NCBI GenBank assembly: GCA_045606725.1
Contig: JAZUSM010000119.1
Span: 41,491-105,490, forward strand
DNA: 64,000 nucleotides
DNA from: Oscillospiraceae bacterium
GTDB lineage: Bacteria; Bacillota; Clostridia; Oscillospirales; Ruminococcaceae
Direction of reading: 5' to 3'
In this document: one piece after another, positions 28,528-37,020 of the stretch
Layout of the letters: each line of letters opens with the position of its first letter
Position numbering within the stretch: position 1 is the first letter of the stretch
The notes under the pieces: model-generated
What the model saw: only the letters and a program-made list of their open reading frames with translations
The model's database searches: none
Told to the model about the DNA's origin: nothing
Program-made: the position numbers and the translations under genes

Positions 28528-31500
28528 CTAAGCAATGATATTGAGCACAGACTGCTGGTGGTTTCTGAAATGACCGAAAATAGTCTGCTGAGTCTGATTG
28601 AGAATCTGGTGCTTGGTGTAGTCGGCATACTGCTTTGCCATATCGGCGTCACGGATCTGCGATTCAGCTGCAGAAAGATTTTCGATATAATTCTGACGAT
28701 TTGCAAGTGCATGCTCCGAACGGTTTTCATAAGCACCGCTTACTGCACGCTGCTTTGAAAGGTAATCATTTGCAAGGTTAAGACGATTGATTGCCTTTGA
28801 AGCTCTTTCGGCAGTTGTTACACCTGTTGTGTTGATTCTCATGAGATGCTCGTCAACACGGGTCTTTTCGTACATGATATAGTCATCTGTACGACGTCCC
28901 TTGTGGATACCGATATCAGTATCTTCTTCTCTGCTTTCGCCGCCGTAGATAATATCATTTGCAGCTTTGCCTGTAAACTTATCAAAGACAAAATCGCCGT
29001 TTTCAATTGTGTAGAACATAATTCTGCCGTCACGGTGTCCAACTCTTACATCTGAGCTTGCAGCTGAAAAGCTGTTGTTCAGCTGTTCAGCAAGCTCCTC
29101 CACAGTATATTCGCCGTGAGGAATATCTACATTTGCAGGCACGCCGTCAAGCTCAAAACCAAGAGTATCATTTTCATCATTGATTACGATACCGTCAGAA
29201 AGGTCAGGCTTGCCGTAGAATGTGGACGGCTGAGGTGAACGTGTTGCATCATAGAAAACTCTGTATGCGGAATTACCACGGATACCATCAATAATTGCTG
29301 TAGTTTTGCCGTTTCTTCCGTCATCTGGAAGCTTGCACCAGAGTACAAGCTTACCGGAGCTTGAAATACCTGTATTGTTTTCGGGAACGCCAAGCTCGGA
29401 AAGACCGATTGAAGCATTGAAGAAATCGTCAGGGAAGCTGTTTCCTGTGTAATCGGTAAGCTTTGCAAATTCTTCTCTGCCCTTCTGCTCGATTACGTTG
29501 GCAAGTTCCTTTTTGGTGTAGTCGCCTGCGGGAATTTTGAATTCGATAGTATGAGTCTGTCCGCCGTAGTTAAGGTCAAAAATCATTGTATCATTCAGAT
29601 CAGTGTAGATACAAACATCCTTGCCTGAAAGCTGTTCGTCCTTACTCATTGGTTCAAGGCTGTTTCTGCCGACAATGTAGGACAGTGTGCTGCCGAGGGA
29701 AGTTCCCTTGGTTTCTGTATGGCGGTTTATGCTTTCATAAGCTGCATTCTGGAACACCTTATCGAAAAGACGACCGCTGAAGTTGCTGATTTTGCGTGTA
29801 TCAGACGGTGTAGCGCCCTTGATAGAAATTGTTCCGTTATTGTTTGAAACAATAAGCTGGTCAGTACCGAGAGCATTGTCAATTGCTGTCTGGAGTGCTG
29901 TTTTCAGCGTATCGGCTGTATAAGTTCCTGCAGGAATTGAAATATTCACTCTGCCTGAAACAAGACTTCCGTTTACATCTGTAGCATAATCAAAGGACAT
30001 CTCATTGTTGTAATCCTCGATTGTAATGCTTGTGATATAATTTCTGGAAGTGATTGTACATCTGCTGTCGTTTCTTGAAACAGTGCTTTCCTTTGCAACG
30101 TTGTTGGACTTACTGTAAATTTCGGAAGTATTTGCGCTGCTCATGGAAATATCTGCTGCAGCACCCTTTGTATCTGTAATGATTGTAAGAGTTGTTCCAG
30201 AAGCTGAAACAGTTGCGCCGCTGCCTGCAAAGCCAGCCTGAAGCTGGGAAACAAGGCTGTTCATGCCTGCATTACCCACATAATCGCCCTCTGCAAGGTC
30301 AAACTCAACTGTATTGCCGTTGATTGTAAGGGCAACGTGCTTGTTCTTGTCATTGACTTCAAGTCCATCACCGCTGAAAAGGGTATTGAACTTATTGTTT
30401 GTGAGAATTGCGGGGTAATAAACCTTATTTGTTGATGTGTCAATAGTACCGTTACTGCCTGCACTTGCCTTGGAAATATACTTATCAAGACCTGCTGTTC
30501 CGCCGAAGTTGCTGAGGGAATAGCCTTTACCGCCGTTCTTGGTGGTGAAGGTAAGACCCTTGCCCGATGCGTAGCTTACAGAAATGATATCCTTGAGTGC
30601 AGGGTCATTGCTGACAACATTGCTGATTGCCTGTGCACAGTCAGAAGCGGAATTGTAAGTACCGTCAGGAATAGTAATTGTAATATTCTTTGTTTCCGAC
30701 GGAGATTTGTAAGTAAAGGTTACTGTGTTATTTGCTGAAGTTACTGTCATAGGGAAATGGGAGTCAAAGCCTGCTGCTGTAACGGAAGCAGGTTCTTCAA
30801 TTTTACCTGTTGCAGGATTATAGTTCGGGTTGCCTGCTGTTTCCTTGACATTTTTGGTTTTATAGATATTGCAGTTGGTTTTTGCAGTATCAATTGTAAA
30901 GGAACCGCTTTCGGTAAGAGGTCCTTTGAAAACAAGGGATTTTCCTCCGCTTCCTACGGAAACGGTTGTCTTAGGATTGCCGCCGTCAGCTTCAGCAATT
31001 CTTGCGTTGAGTTCTGCAGCAATTGCTTCTGCGGAGGTATATGTGCCGCTTGTAAGGGTCAGGTCGTAATTTGTTGCACCTGCCTTGAAAACGAACTTAT
31101 TGTTTGTTCCGTCAATTGTATAAGGAAGCTGTGAAGCAACGTTAGGAATTGTCATTGAGGACGGTACATAAACTCTGTTGTGAGTTTCATCCACAACTGC
31201 ATCCGTTCTTGAAGCAACCGCATTCTTATATGCGGAATTTGCCATTGAACAGCTGCCTGTTGCAATCTGAACGCCGTCGCCCTTTTCAGTTGTTGTTACA
31301 ACAAGAGTATTGCCGTCAGCCTTGGCGGTAGCCTTGCCGTTAAGCTCCTTGTTGATTGCAGCAATAGCCTGTTCCTTGGTTGAACCCTTAGGAACTGTGA
31401 TATTGAATGCAGTTGAACCTGTTGTATCTGTTACAGAAAGGACAAGATTTACATCTCTGAGGGATTTGCCTGCTGCTGTAAACTGCGACAAAGCGTTTGT

Positions 31501-33606
31501 CATAGTCAGTGAAGCCGGGTACTTTTCAATTCTTTCATCACCAATGATGGACTCACTATCGTCGTACTCAACCTCATAGCCGTTTTTGATGGATGGAGTA
31601 ACGCTGTTATAGATAATATAATTCTGAGTAATCTGAGCGTTTGTTGTCACCTGATTTGAATATGTAACAACATCCGTTGTTGTACCTGCTGTGGAAGAAA
31701 CTGCCGGCTTACCTGATGGCATTGTTCCGGAGCCGCTTGCATAAGGTTTCTCGCTGCCCTTGTCAATTTCATAATTGTCTGTATAGTAAACGCCGCCTAT
31801 AAGGTTTGCATAACCGCTTGATGAGGAAGAAACCGAGAAAGACCTGATATCTGCGCCGCTGTATTCAATTGCTGAAAGCTTGATTGTACCGTCTACGGTA
31901 AATTTCAGCTTTGAAGAAAGGTCGGGATAATTTGCCGCAACCTGATTGTTAAGCTCATTCTGGAGAGAAGCTGCTGTATATGTTCCCTGAGGAACTGTCA
32001 CTGACATTGTCTTGTTTCCGCTGTCTGTTGCAACTGTGAATACAAGCTCATTTTCATTGGCAGGAACTTCAATTGAGCTGCCGAGATTTTTCTGTGCTGT
32101 AAGGCTTGCAGGACGGAAAGAAGATGTTGTCACGGACGGATTAAGCTTATTGAGGGTACCCTTGTCAAAGAGGTCATAAAGCATATATCCGCTTGGAGCA
32201 AGGCTTTCAACGAGGTCAATCTTGCACTTGTCACCGTACTGGTCGGACTTGATAACAAGAGTTCCCGAAGAACCGATTGCTGCTGTAAAAGGCAGGTCAC
32301 CAAGCTGTTCGTTAATTCTTGCTGCAAGGTCGGAAGGATTTGCGTATATTCTTTCATTTTCCGAGTCATCAAGGAGATTAATCTGAACTCTGCGTTTTTC
32401 GGCAGCATCATTTGCACCATACCAACTGAGGTCAAGGGTAAAGTGTTCGTTTCTGCCTCTTACGATTTCAGTATTTACGGGGATAACCTTCTTACCTGAG
32501 AGTACAGACTGAGTGTTATTTGTGTAGCCGTAATTTGCAATATCGTAAATCGGCGAGGATTTGTTATCCATTTTAAGGAAGTTCCCTGTCAGACCTGTGA
32601 TTGTTTCCTTGCAGGCAATACCAATAATCATGCCGCCTTTTGCATTTGTTTCAGGAACAGCCTTGATATCACCAGGGATACCTGATGCAGCAAACTTAGC
32701 GTTCATATGGTCGATAAGCTGGTCACGGGTATACTTTCCTGCGTCGAGGGTTACAGAATAAATTGTATCACTTTCTCCAAGGCGGAAAGACATAACATCG
32801 TTTTCGCCTGTGAAGATTTCGAGCTTTGCATTTTCGTGAACAAATGTTGTTACGCCGAGAAGATAACCGCTTTCAGAACCGATTGTTGCGTCATAGAAAA
32901 GAGTTGCGCCAGGGCCGCCTACATAGTCGATTTTACCGGGTTCAGACTGAATTGTGAATTCTCTGTTTTCATTTACACCGATAATAAGATTAGGAACTTT
33001 GTCATAAAGCTCTGTATCAATTACGTCAGCAAGCTCCTCTGCGCTGTATGTGCCGTAAGGAACATTGATTGTGTATTCCTTCTGCTGACCGTCGAGTGTA
33101 TAGCCGATAACAAGAGGCATATTCAGATCGTTTACAACAACAGCCTTATCATGAACGACTACGCCCTCGTTAAGACCGTAGGACTCAAGGTGCTTTTCAA
33201 AAAGAGAAAGCCCATTAAAATGTGAAGTATCGGTAATCTGACCGATTTCCTCAAGAAGCTGCTGATATTCAAGGTCGAGCGCACCTCTGTCAATGCTGTC
33301 ATAAGTGCCGTTAGCCGCCTGAACAGCAATTGTTTCAAGGCGGTGAATGATATTATGTATTTCCTGAGCGGAACCGTCAACGGAATGGAGATAGCTGATG
33401 CCGTCATTAAGGTTCTTGACGCCCTGGTCAAGACCTGCAATAATTCCGCGCATTTTTTCTGAAACAGCAAGTCCTGCCGCATCATCAGCAGCACGGTTAA
33501 CCTGATATCCGCTTGCAAGCTTTTCGAGAGATTTCTGGAGCTTGGAATTGGTTTTTCTGTTTCTGTTAACAAGAAAATCAGCGCCTTTGAAATTTGTAAC
33601 GGTCAT
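28528..33606 (-). CDS. fliC: Giant flagellin (1692 aa): canonical flagellin N- and C-terminal helical domains flanking a central region of about 1450 aa
   Basis: N-terminus: LEKLASGYQVNRAADDAAGLAVSEKMRGIIAGLDQGVKNLNDGISYLHSVDGSAQEIHNIIHRLETIAVQAANGT. C-terminus: LSKQRAVSGAYENRSEHALANRQNYIENLSAAESQIRDADMAKQYADYTKHQILNQTQQ. Both match conserved D0/D1 flagellin segments. SD GGAGGA is 7 nt from the ATG and a sigma-28 promoter lies upstream. Confidence 0.85.
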   Translation of the reverse strand: MTVTNFKGADFLVNRNRKTNSKLQKSLEKLASGYQVNRAADDAAGLAVSEKMRGIIAGLDQGVKNLNDGISYLHSVDGSAQEIHNIIHRLETIAVQAANGTYDSIDRGALDLEYQQLLEEIGQITDTSHFNGLSLFEKHLESYGLNEGVVVHDKAVVVNDLNMPLVIGYTLDGQQKEYTINVPYGTYSAEELADVIDTELYDKVPNLIIGVNENREFTIQSEPGKIDYVGGPGATLFYDATIGSESGYLLGVTTFVHENAKLEIFTGENDVMSFRLGESDTIYSVTLDAGKYTRDQLIDHMNAKFAASGIPGDIKAVPETNAKGGMIIGIACKETITGLTGNFLKMDNKSSPIYDIANYGYTNNTQSVLSGKKVIPVNTEIVRGRNEHFTLDLSWYGANDAAEKRRVQINLLDDSENERIYANPSDLAARINEQLGDLPFTAAIGSSGTLVIKSDQYGDKCKIDLVESLAPSGYMLYDLFDKGTLNKLNPSVTTSSFRPASLTAQKNLGSSIEVPANENELVFTVATDSGNKTMSVTVPQGTYTAASLQNELNNQVAANYPDLSSKLKFTVDGTIKLSAIEYSGADIRSFSVSSSSSGYANLIGGVYYTDNYEIDKGSEKPYASGSGTMPSGKPAVSSTAGTTTDVVTYSNQVTTNAQITQNYIIYNSVTPSIKNGYEVEYDDSESIIGDERIEKYPASLTMTNALSQFTAAGKSLRDVNLVLSVTDTTGSTAFNITVPKGSTKEQAIAAINKELNGKATAKADGNTLVVTTTEKGDGVQIATGSCSMANSAYKNAVASRTDAVVDETHNRVYVPSSMTIPNVASQLPYTIDGTNNKFVFKAGATNYDLTLTSGTYTSAEAIAAELNARIAEADGGNPKTTVSVGSGGKSLVFKGPLTESGSFTIDTAKTNCNIYKTKNVKETAGNPNYNPATGKIEEPASVTAAGFDSHFPMTVTSANNTVTFTYKSPSETKNITITIPDGTYNSASDCAQAISNVVSNDPALKDIISVSYASGKGLTFTTKNGGKGYSLSNFGGTAGLDKYISKASAGSNGTIDTSTNKVYYPAILTNNKFNTLFSGDGLEVNDKNKHVALTINGNTVEFDLAEGDYVGNAGMNSLVSQLQAGFAGSGATVSASGTTLTIITDTKGAAADISMSSANTSEIYSKSNNVAKESTVSRNDSRCTITSRNYITSITIEDYNNEMSFDYATDVNGSLVSGRVNISIPAGTYTADTLKTALQTAIDNALGTDQLIVSNNNGTISIKGATPSDTRKISNFSGRLFDKVFQNAAYESINRHTETKGTSLGSTLSYIVGRNSLEPMSKDEQLSGKDVCIYTDLNDTMIFDLNYGGQTHTIEFKIPAGDYTKKELANVIEQKGREEFAKLTDYTGNSFPDDFFNASIGLSELGVPENNTGISSSGKLVLWCKLPDDGRNGKTTAIIDGIRGNSAYRVFYDATRSPQPSTFYGKPDLSDGIVINDENDTLGFELDGVPANVDIPHGEYTVEELAEQLNNSFSAASSDVRVGHRDGRIMFYTIENGDFVFDKFTGKAANDIIYGGESREEDTDIGIHKGRRTDDYIMYEKTRVDEHLMRINTTGVTTAERASKAINRLNLANDYLSKQRAVSGAYENRSEHALANRQNYIENLSAAESQIRDADMAKQYADYTKHQILNQTQQTIFGHFRNHQQSVLNIIA
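28926..33159 (-). repeat. Divergent tandem protein modules (about 11) in the flagellin central region
   Basis: The motif [IVL]x[IVL]PxGxY[TS]xxxLxxx[IL]N recurs with the Gly at aa 185, 290, 541, 854, 982, 1107, 1227, 1361 and 1498, plus degenerate copies near aa 421 and 741. Spacing is 105-137 aa, except one 200-aa gap. aa 541 and 1227 were checked against the DNA. Confidence 0.7.
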
Positions 33607-33651
33607 TTCAGCTTCCTCCTTTCCACATTATTCAACAAACTTACAATATAT

Positions 33652-33678
33652 TTATCGGCACAACTGACAAAAACTTTA
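33652..33678 (-). promoter_or_regulatory. Sigma-28 (FliA/SigD)-type promoter: TAAA-15 nt-GCCGATAA
   Basis: Reverse strand: TAAA (33678-33675), exactly 15 nt of spacer, then GCCGATAA (33659-33652). This is an exact match to the flagellar sigma-factor consensus, 45 nt upstream of the flagellin ATG. Confidence 0.7.
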
Positions 33679-33725
33679 GCATTTTACAGCAAATTTTTTT
33701 TAAAAAATCTTGAACGCAATAAATA

Positions 33726-33756
33726 AAGAAGCCTTACCCTCGGGGTAAAGCTTCTT
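33726..33756 (-). terminator. Rho-independent terminator after the GH5 gene (33778..34884)
   Basis: Reverse strand: AAGAAGCTTTACCC-cga-GGGTAAGGCTTCTT followed by TATTTATT. Confidence 0.8.
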
Positions 33757-33777
33757 GTTAAAATCCGTTAAAAAATA

Positions 33778-34884
33778 TCAATTGCCGCGCCACTCGGCAT
33801 TTTCAGTTCTTGCGTTAATAAGCTCCTTTATGTATTTTCCTGTTTCACTGAGGAAAATATCCTGAGCGAAAATACTGGAGGTTTCGTCCTTGTCATTTAC
33901 AGCCCAGTTACAGCTTGAAATATTATTCTCATCCATCCACTTGAACCATTCCTCGGTAGAAGTTTTGTCAATGCTTCCGTTTCCGTCTGCATTTACGCTT
34001 CCCCACTCGGTAACAAAAAGCGGAATTCCCTTTTCAAGCGCCTTATCGGCATTATCCCTGAGCCACTGCTTATGAGTACCTGCATAGAAATGGAGTGTAT
34101 ATGCTATATTTTCACCATCAACAGGATTACCTGCTGCAGAAAGGACATCCTGTGACCATGTCGGTGAGCCAACAATAACAAGATTATCGGAATGCTTTCT
34201 TATAGCAGGAATAACCTTTTCCGCATATTCCTTTACTGTATCCCAGCTTATCTGGGTAGGTTCGTTGAAAACTTCAAAAATAACATTATCATAGCTTCCG
34301 TATTTTTCAGCAAGCTGTTCAAAATATGCAATCGCTTCATCAGGATTATTATGGGCACCGTGAGAATGCCAGTCAATAATTACATAAACTCCTCTTTCGA
34401 TAGCCTGTTCAATTACGTCCTCAATAAGCGGCTCGCAGGATTTGTCATACGGTACACCGTTATCCTGAATTCCGTATGAACAGCGCACAATCTCGCAGTT
34501 ATAATCATCAACAAGGTAATCAACATAATCTGCTGTATAATATTTCTGTGACCAGTTGCTCCAGAAAAAGCTCATTCCTGTGACACGGACGGTTTCACCA
34601 GTATTCTTTCCCACAAGCTTATTTCCGTCAGCAATTATTTCACCGTAGTATGCAACAGGAGTATTTTCAGAAATTTCAGACTCGTCTGATGTAGTTTCTT
34701 CTGTAATTTCTTCCGCAGCTTCTGATGTTGCTTCTGGTTTTACCGTTTCCTCTGAAACGGAAATTGTTTCTGCGGTAGTTACAGTAAGCTGTTCGGTTGT
34801 CTGTATAGAAGCATCAGGAACCTCCGCCGCATTACAGCCTGTCAGCATTGCGCACATAACTAATATTATCAGGGCTTTTTTCAT
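33778..34884 (-). CDS. GH5 endoglucanase, lipoprotein with a Thr/Glu-rich linker
   Basis: 368 aa with lipobox MLTGC. Motifs: acid/base in FEVFNEP, nucleophile in FVTEWGS, and HFY. Confidence 0.85.
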   Translation of the reverse strand: MKKALIILVMCAMLTGCNAAEVPDASIQTTEQLTVTTAETISVSEETVKPEATSEAAEEITEETTSDESEISENTPVAYYGEIIADGNKLVGKNTGETVRVTGMSFFWSNWSQKYYTADYVDYLVDDYNCEIVRCSYGIQDNGVPYDKSCEPLIEDVIEQAIERGVYVIIDWHSHGAHNNPDEAIAYFEQLAEKYGSYDNVIFEVFNEPTQISWDTVKEYAEKVIPAIRKHSDNLVIVGSPTWSQDVLSAAGNPVDGENIAYTLHFYAGTHKQWLRDNADKALEKGIPLFVTEWGSVNADGNGSIDKTSTEEWFKWMDENNISSCNWAVNDKDETSSIFAQDIFLSETGKYIKELINARTENAEWRGN

Positions 34885-34922
34885 AATATACCTCCCATAT
34901 TATTTGTGGTAACAACACATTA

Positions 34923-34951
34923 ATTTTACCATTTCAGATTTATTATGTCAA
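34923..34951 (-). promoter_or_regulatory. SigA-type promoter of the GH5 gene (TTGACA-17-TG-extended TAAAAT)
   Basis: Reverse strand: TTGACA (34951-34946), 17-nt spacer ending in TGG, TAAAAT (34928-34923). Confidence 0.55.
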
Positions 34952-34966
34952 GCTGTTCCAAACATA

Positions 34967-34998
34967 AAAGCAGACTGCCGTAAAAGACAGTCTGCTTT
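34967..34998 (-). terminator. Rho-independent terminator after the GGDEF-EAL gene
   Basis: Reverse strand: AAAGCAGACTG-tcttttacgg-CAGTCTGCTTT followed by TATGTTT. Confidence 0.8.
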
Positions 34999-35004
34999 GA
35001 AAAA

Positions 35005-36693
35005 TTATCTTACACCCTTATAAACACGCCCTGTTTTCAGGCGCTCTTCAAATTCGCTGCACGGAAGAGGCTTGTCAAACAGATATCCCTGAGCCATACT
35101 GCATTGAAAATCCTCCAGCAGGTCAGCCTGAATATTTGTTTCAACGCCCTCAGCAACAACCTTCATATCAAGCTCATTTACCATATTTACGATGTTTCTG
35201 ATTACGACCTCATCGGATTTCTTTTTATCGCCGAGATTATCGAGGAAGGACTTGTCCAGCTTGATAATATCAACATCAAGGTCTTTCAGCAAATTCAACG
35301 AGCTGTAGCCTGTACCGAAGTCATCAATAGAAGTGCTTACACCGAATTTTTTCATTTTTCTTACGAACTCAGCCAGAGCCTCATAATCCTCATAACCTGA
35401 TGACTCAGTAAGTTCTACCTCTACGTATGACGGGTCAACACCATGTTTGTTTATAATTTCAATAATTTTATCTGCGAAATCAACATCATGCAGGTGAAGC
35501 TTTGAGAAATTCGTTGAAACTCTTACAGGGACAATTCCCATGTTAATCCAGCGCTTTATATCTGCACAAACCCTGTCAAGCACATAAAAATCAAGACGGC
35601 ATATTGACCCTTCGTGTTCAAGGACAGGAATAAATTCAGCAGGCGGAACAATACAGCCGTTTCTTATCCATCTTGTAAGAGCTTCGCAGCCGCACAGGCT
35701 GTTATCTGCAAGTCCTACCTTAGGCTGATAGAATACCACAAATTCTTCCTTGCGCAAAGCTTCAGGGAAAATAGTTGAGATTTCATTTGCCTTAAAGGTC
35801 TTGTCCATCATGTCAGCTCTGAAGTAGACATTATCTGTTCTGCTAACATTCTTGGCTATACCGAGAGCTGTAGAAGCTGAATTTATGGCATTATTTGCTG
35901 TATCATTCTCAACAGTCATGTATATGCCTGTTCTTGAAGAAATATTTATAGAACGTTTTTCTCCTGCCAGTTCATTTTCAAACTGCATATCCGACACAAA
36001 CTCAAGCAGTTCATTGACACGTTCTTTTCGTATTACAGTGCAGAAGTTATCACCGCCTGGACGTGAAACTACACCATCATCTTTTACAAACTTCATCAGT
36101 CTGTGTGCACAGCGTTTAAGCACGATATCAGCCTGCTTCTCACCTATAAGGCGGTTGACATATCTGAAATTCTTGAGATTAACAAAAATAACTGCATAAT
36201 CCTTGAAATCCCCTGAATTTACAAGCTTTTCACAGTGCATTACAAACCCATGCATATTTAATGCACCTGTAGTAATGTCAATAGAGCTTATTTTGTTCAT
36301 TACGCCAAGCATCTGAACGCGTCCGCCGAGGATGAAAAGGTTTTCAGCTATAAATCTGATATCCTTTAAATCTTCTTCATTCCACTTACAGCCTTTTTCA
36401 GGATAAAAGGACATACTCAGGGTTCCGTTTTCACCTGTGCGGAAAATAAAGGTTTCGGGACAATCGTCATACCCAGCTTCAGAAGTATATAATATCACTG
36501 TCTGATTAATTCCATCAATATTGAACGGTGTTTTAGGTGCCATAAAAGTTTCGGAGCTACGTCCTATCTTCAATTCCTGTGCAACCTCTGTTATTGCTGA
36601 AGAAACAAAAGAAACAAATTCGTCCATGCTAAATGTCATACCGTTGATTTTGTAAAAGAAATCCCTGTACAGTTCACTGCATATCTTACTCAT
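35005..36693 (-). CDS. c-di-GMP phosphodiesterase: unknown N-terminal domain, degenerate GGDEF domain, intact EAL domain
   Basis: 562 aa. The GGDEF signature reads GGDNF (nt 36043-36057) and the upstream DxD/FK segment reads VNLKNFRYVN. EAL motifs are intact: CEALTRW, DDFGTGYSS, KLDKSF, EGVET, QGYLF. Confidence 0.85.
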   Translation of the reverse strand: MSKICSELYRDFFYKINGMTFSMDEFVSFVSSAITEVAQELKIGRSSETFMAPKTPFNIDGINQTVILYTSEAGYDDCPETFIFRTGENGTLSMSFYPEKGCKWNEEDLKDIRFIAENLFILGGRVQMLGVMNKISSIDITTGALNMHGFVMHCEKLVNSGDFKDYAVIFVNLKNFRYVNRLIGEKQADIVLKRCAHRLMKFVKDDGVVSRPGGDNFCTVIRKERVNELLEFVSDMQFENELAGEKRSINISSRTGIYMTVENDTANNAINSASTALGIAKNVSRTDNVYFRADMMDKTFKANEISTIFPEALRKEEFVVFYQPKVGLADNSLCGCEALTRWIRNGCIVPPAEFIPVLEHEGSICRLDFYVLDRVCADIKRWINMGIVPVRVSTNFSKLHLHDVDFADKIIEIINKHGVDPSYVEVELTESSGYEDYEALAEFVRKMKKFGVSTSIDDFGTGYSSLNLLKDLDVDIIKLDKSFLDNLGDKKKSDEVVIRNIVNMVNELDMKVVAEGVETNIQADLLEDFQCSMAQGYLFDKPLPCSEFEERLKTGRVYKGVR

Positions 36694-36801
36694 AATCTTC
36701 TACTCCCTAAGGGTTTTGTGTTCGGGGCACACGTCCGAGAGCATAAAACCGATTTCCCATAACATTTCTTACAATTTACAACCTATATACTCTTACTATA
36801 C

Positions 36802-36830
36802 AGTATAACACTGCACAATGTTTTTGTCAA
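36802..36830 (-). promoter_or_regulatory. SigA-type promoter of the GGDEF-EAL gene (TTGACA-17-TATACT)
   Basis: Reverse strand: TTGACA (36830-36825), 17-nt spacer, TATACT (36807-36802). It leaves a leader of about 100 nt. Confidence 0.55.
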
Positions 36831-36974
36831 CTGTTATAATTTTTTTTGAGAATTTTCGGCATAATGTCCAATTAACTTAATTGTATTCTTTTTATTGATA
36901 TAGATATTAATATAATGTCTAAAAAGAGTGGAATTCATGAAGCGTTTTATATCTATGAAATAATTTATATCAAT

Positions 36975-37011
36975 AAAAAATAGCGGCAGAAACCATTTTC
37001 GGTATCTGCCG
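36975..37011 (-). terminator. Rho-independent terminator after the EAL/beta-solenoid gene
   Basis: Reverse strand: CGGCAGA-taccgaaaatggtt-TCTGCCG followed by CTATTTTTTATTG. Confidence 0.65.
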
Positions 37012-37020
37012 TTGTTTTCA

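Noticed and set aside
28528-33606. Enzymatic flagellin (flagellinolysin-like metalloprotease) hypothesis for the giant flagellin.
   Set aside because: No HExxH zinc-binding motif occurs anywhere in the 1692 aa, and no other catalytic signature is recognisable by eye.
36694-36801. Possible c-di-GMP riboswitch or other cis-regulatory RNA in the roughly 100-nt leader of the GGDEF-EAL gene.
   Set aside because: I could not find the conserved GEMM-type elements (paired GNRA tetraloop/receptor helices, the ACGCAAAGC-like core). Only a weak 5-bp CUCUC/GGGAG pairing with the SD is visible. This needs an Rfam/Infernal scan before any claim.
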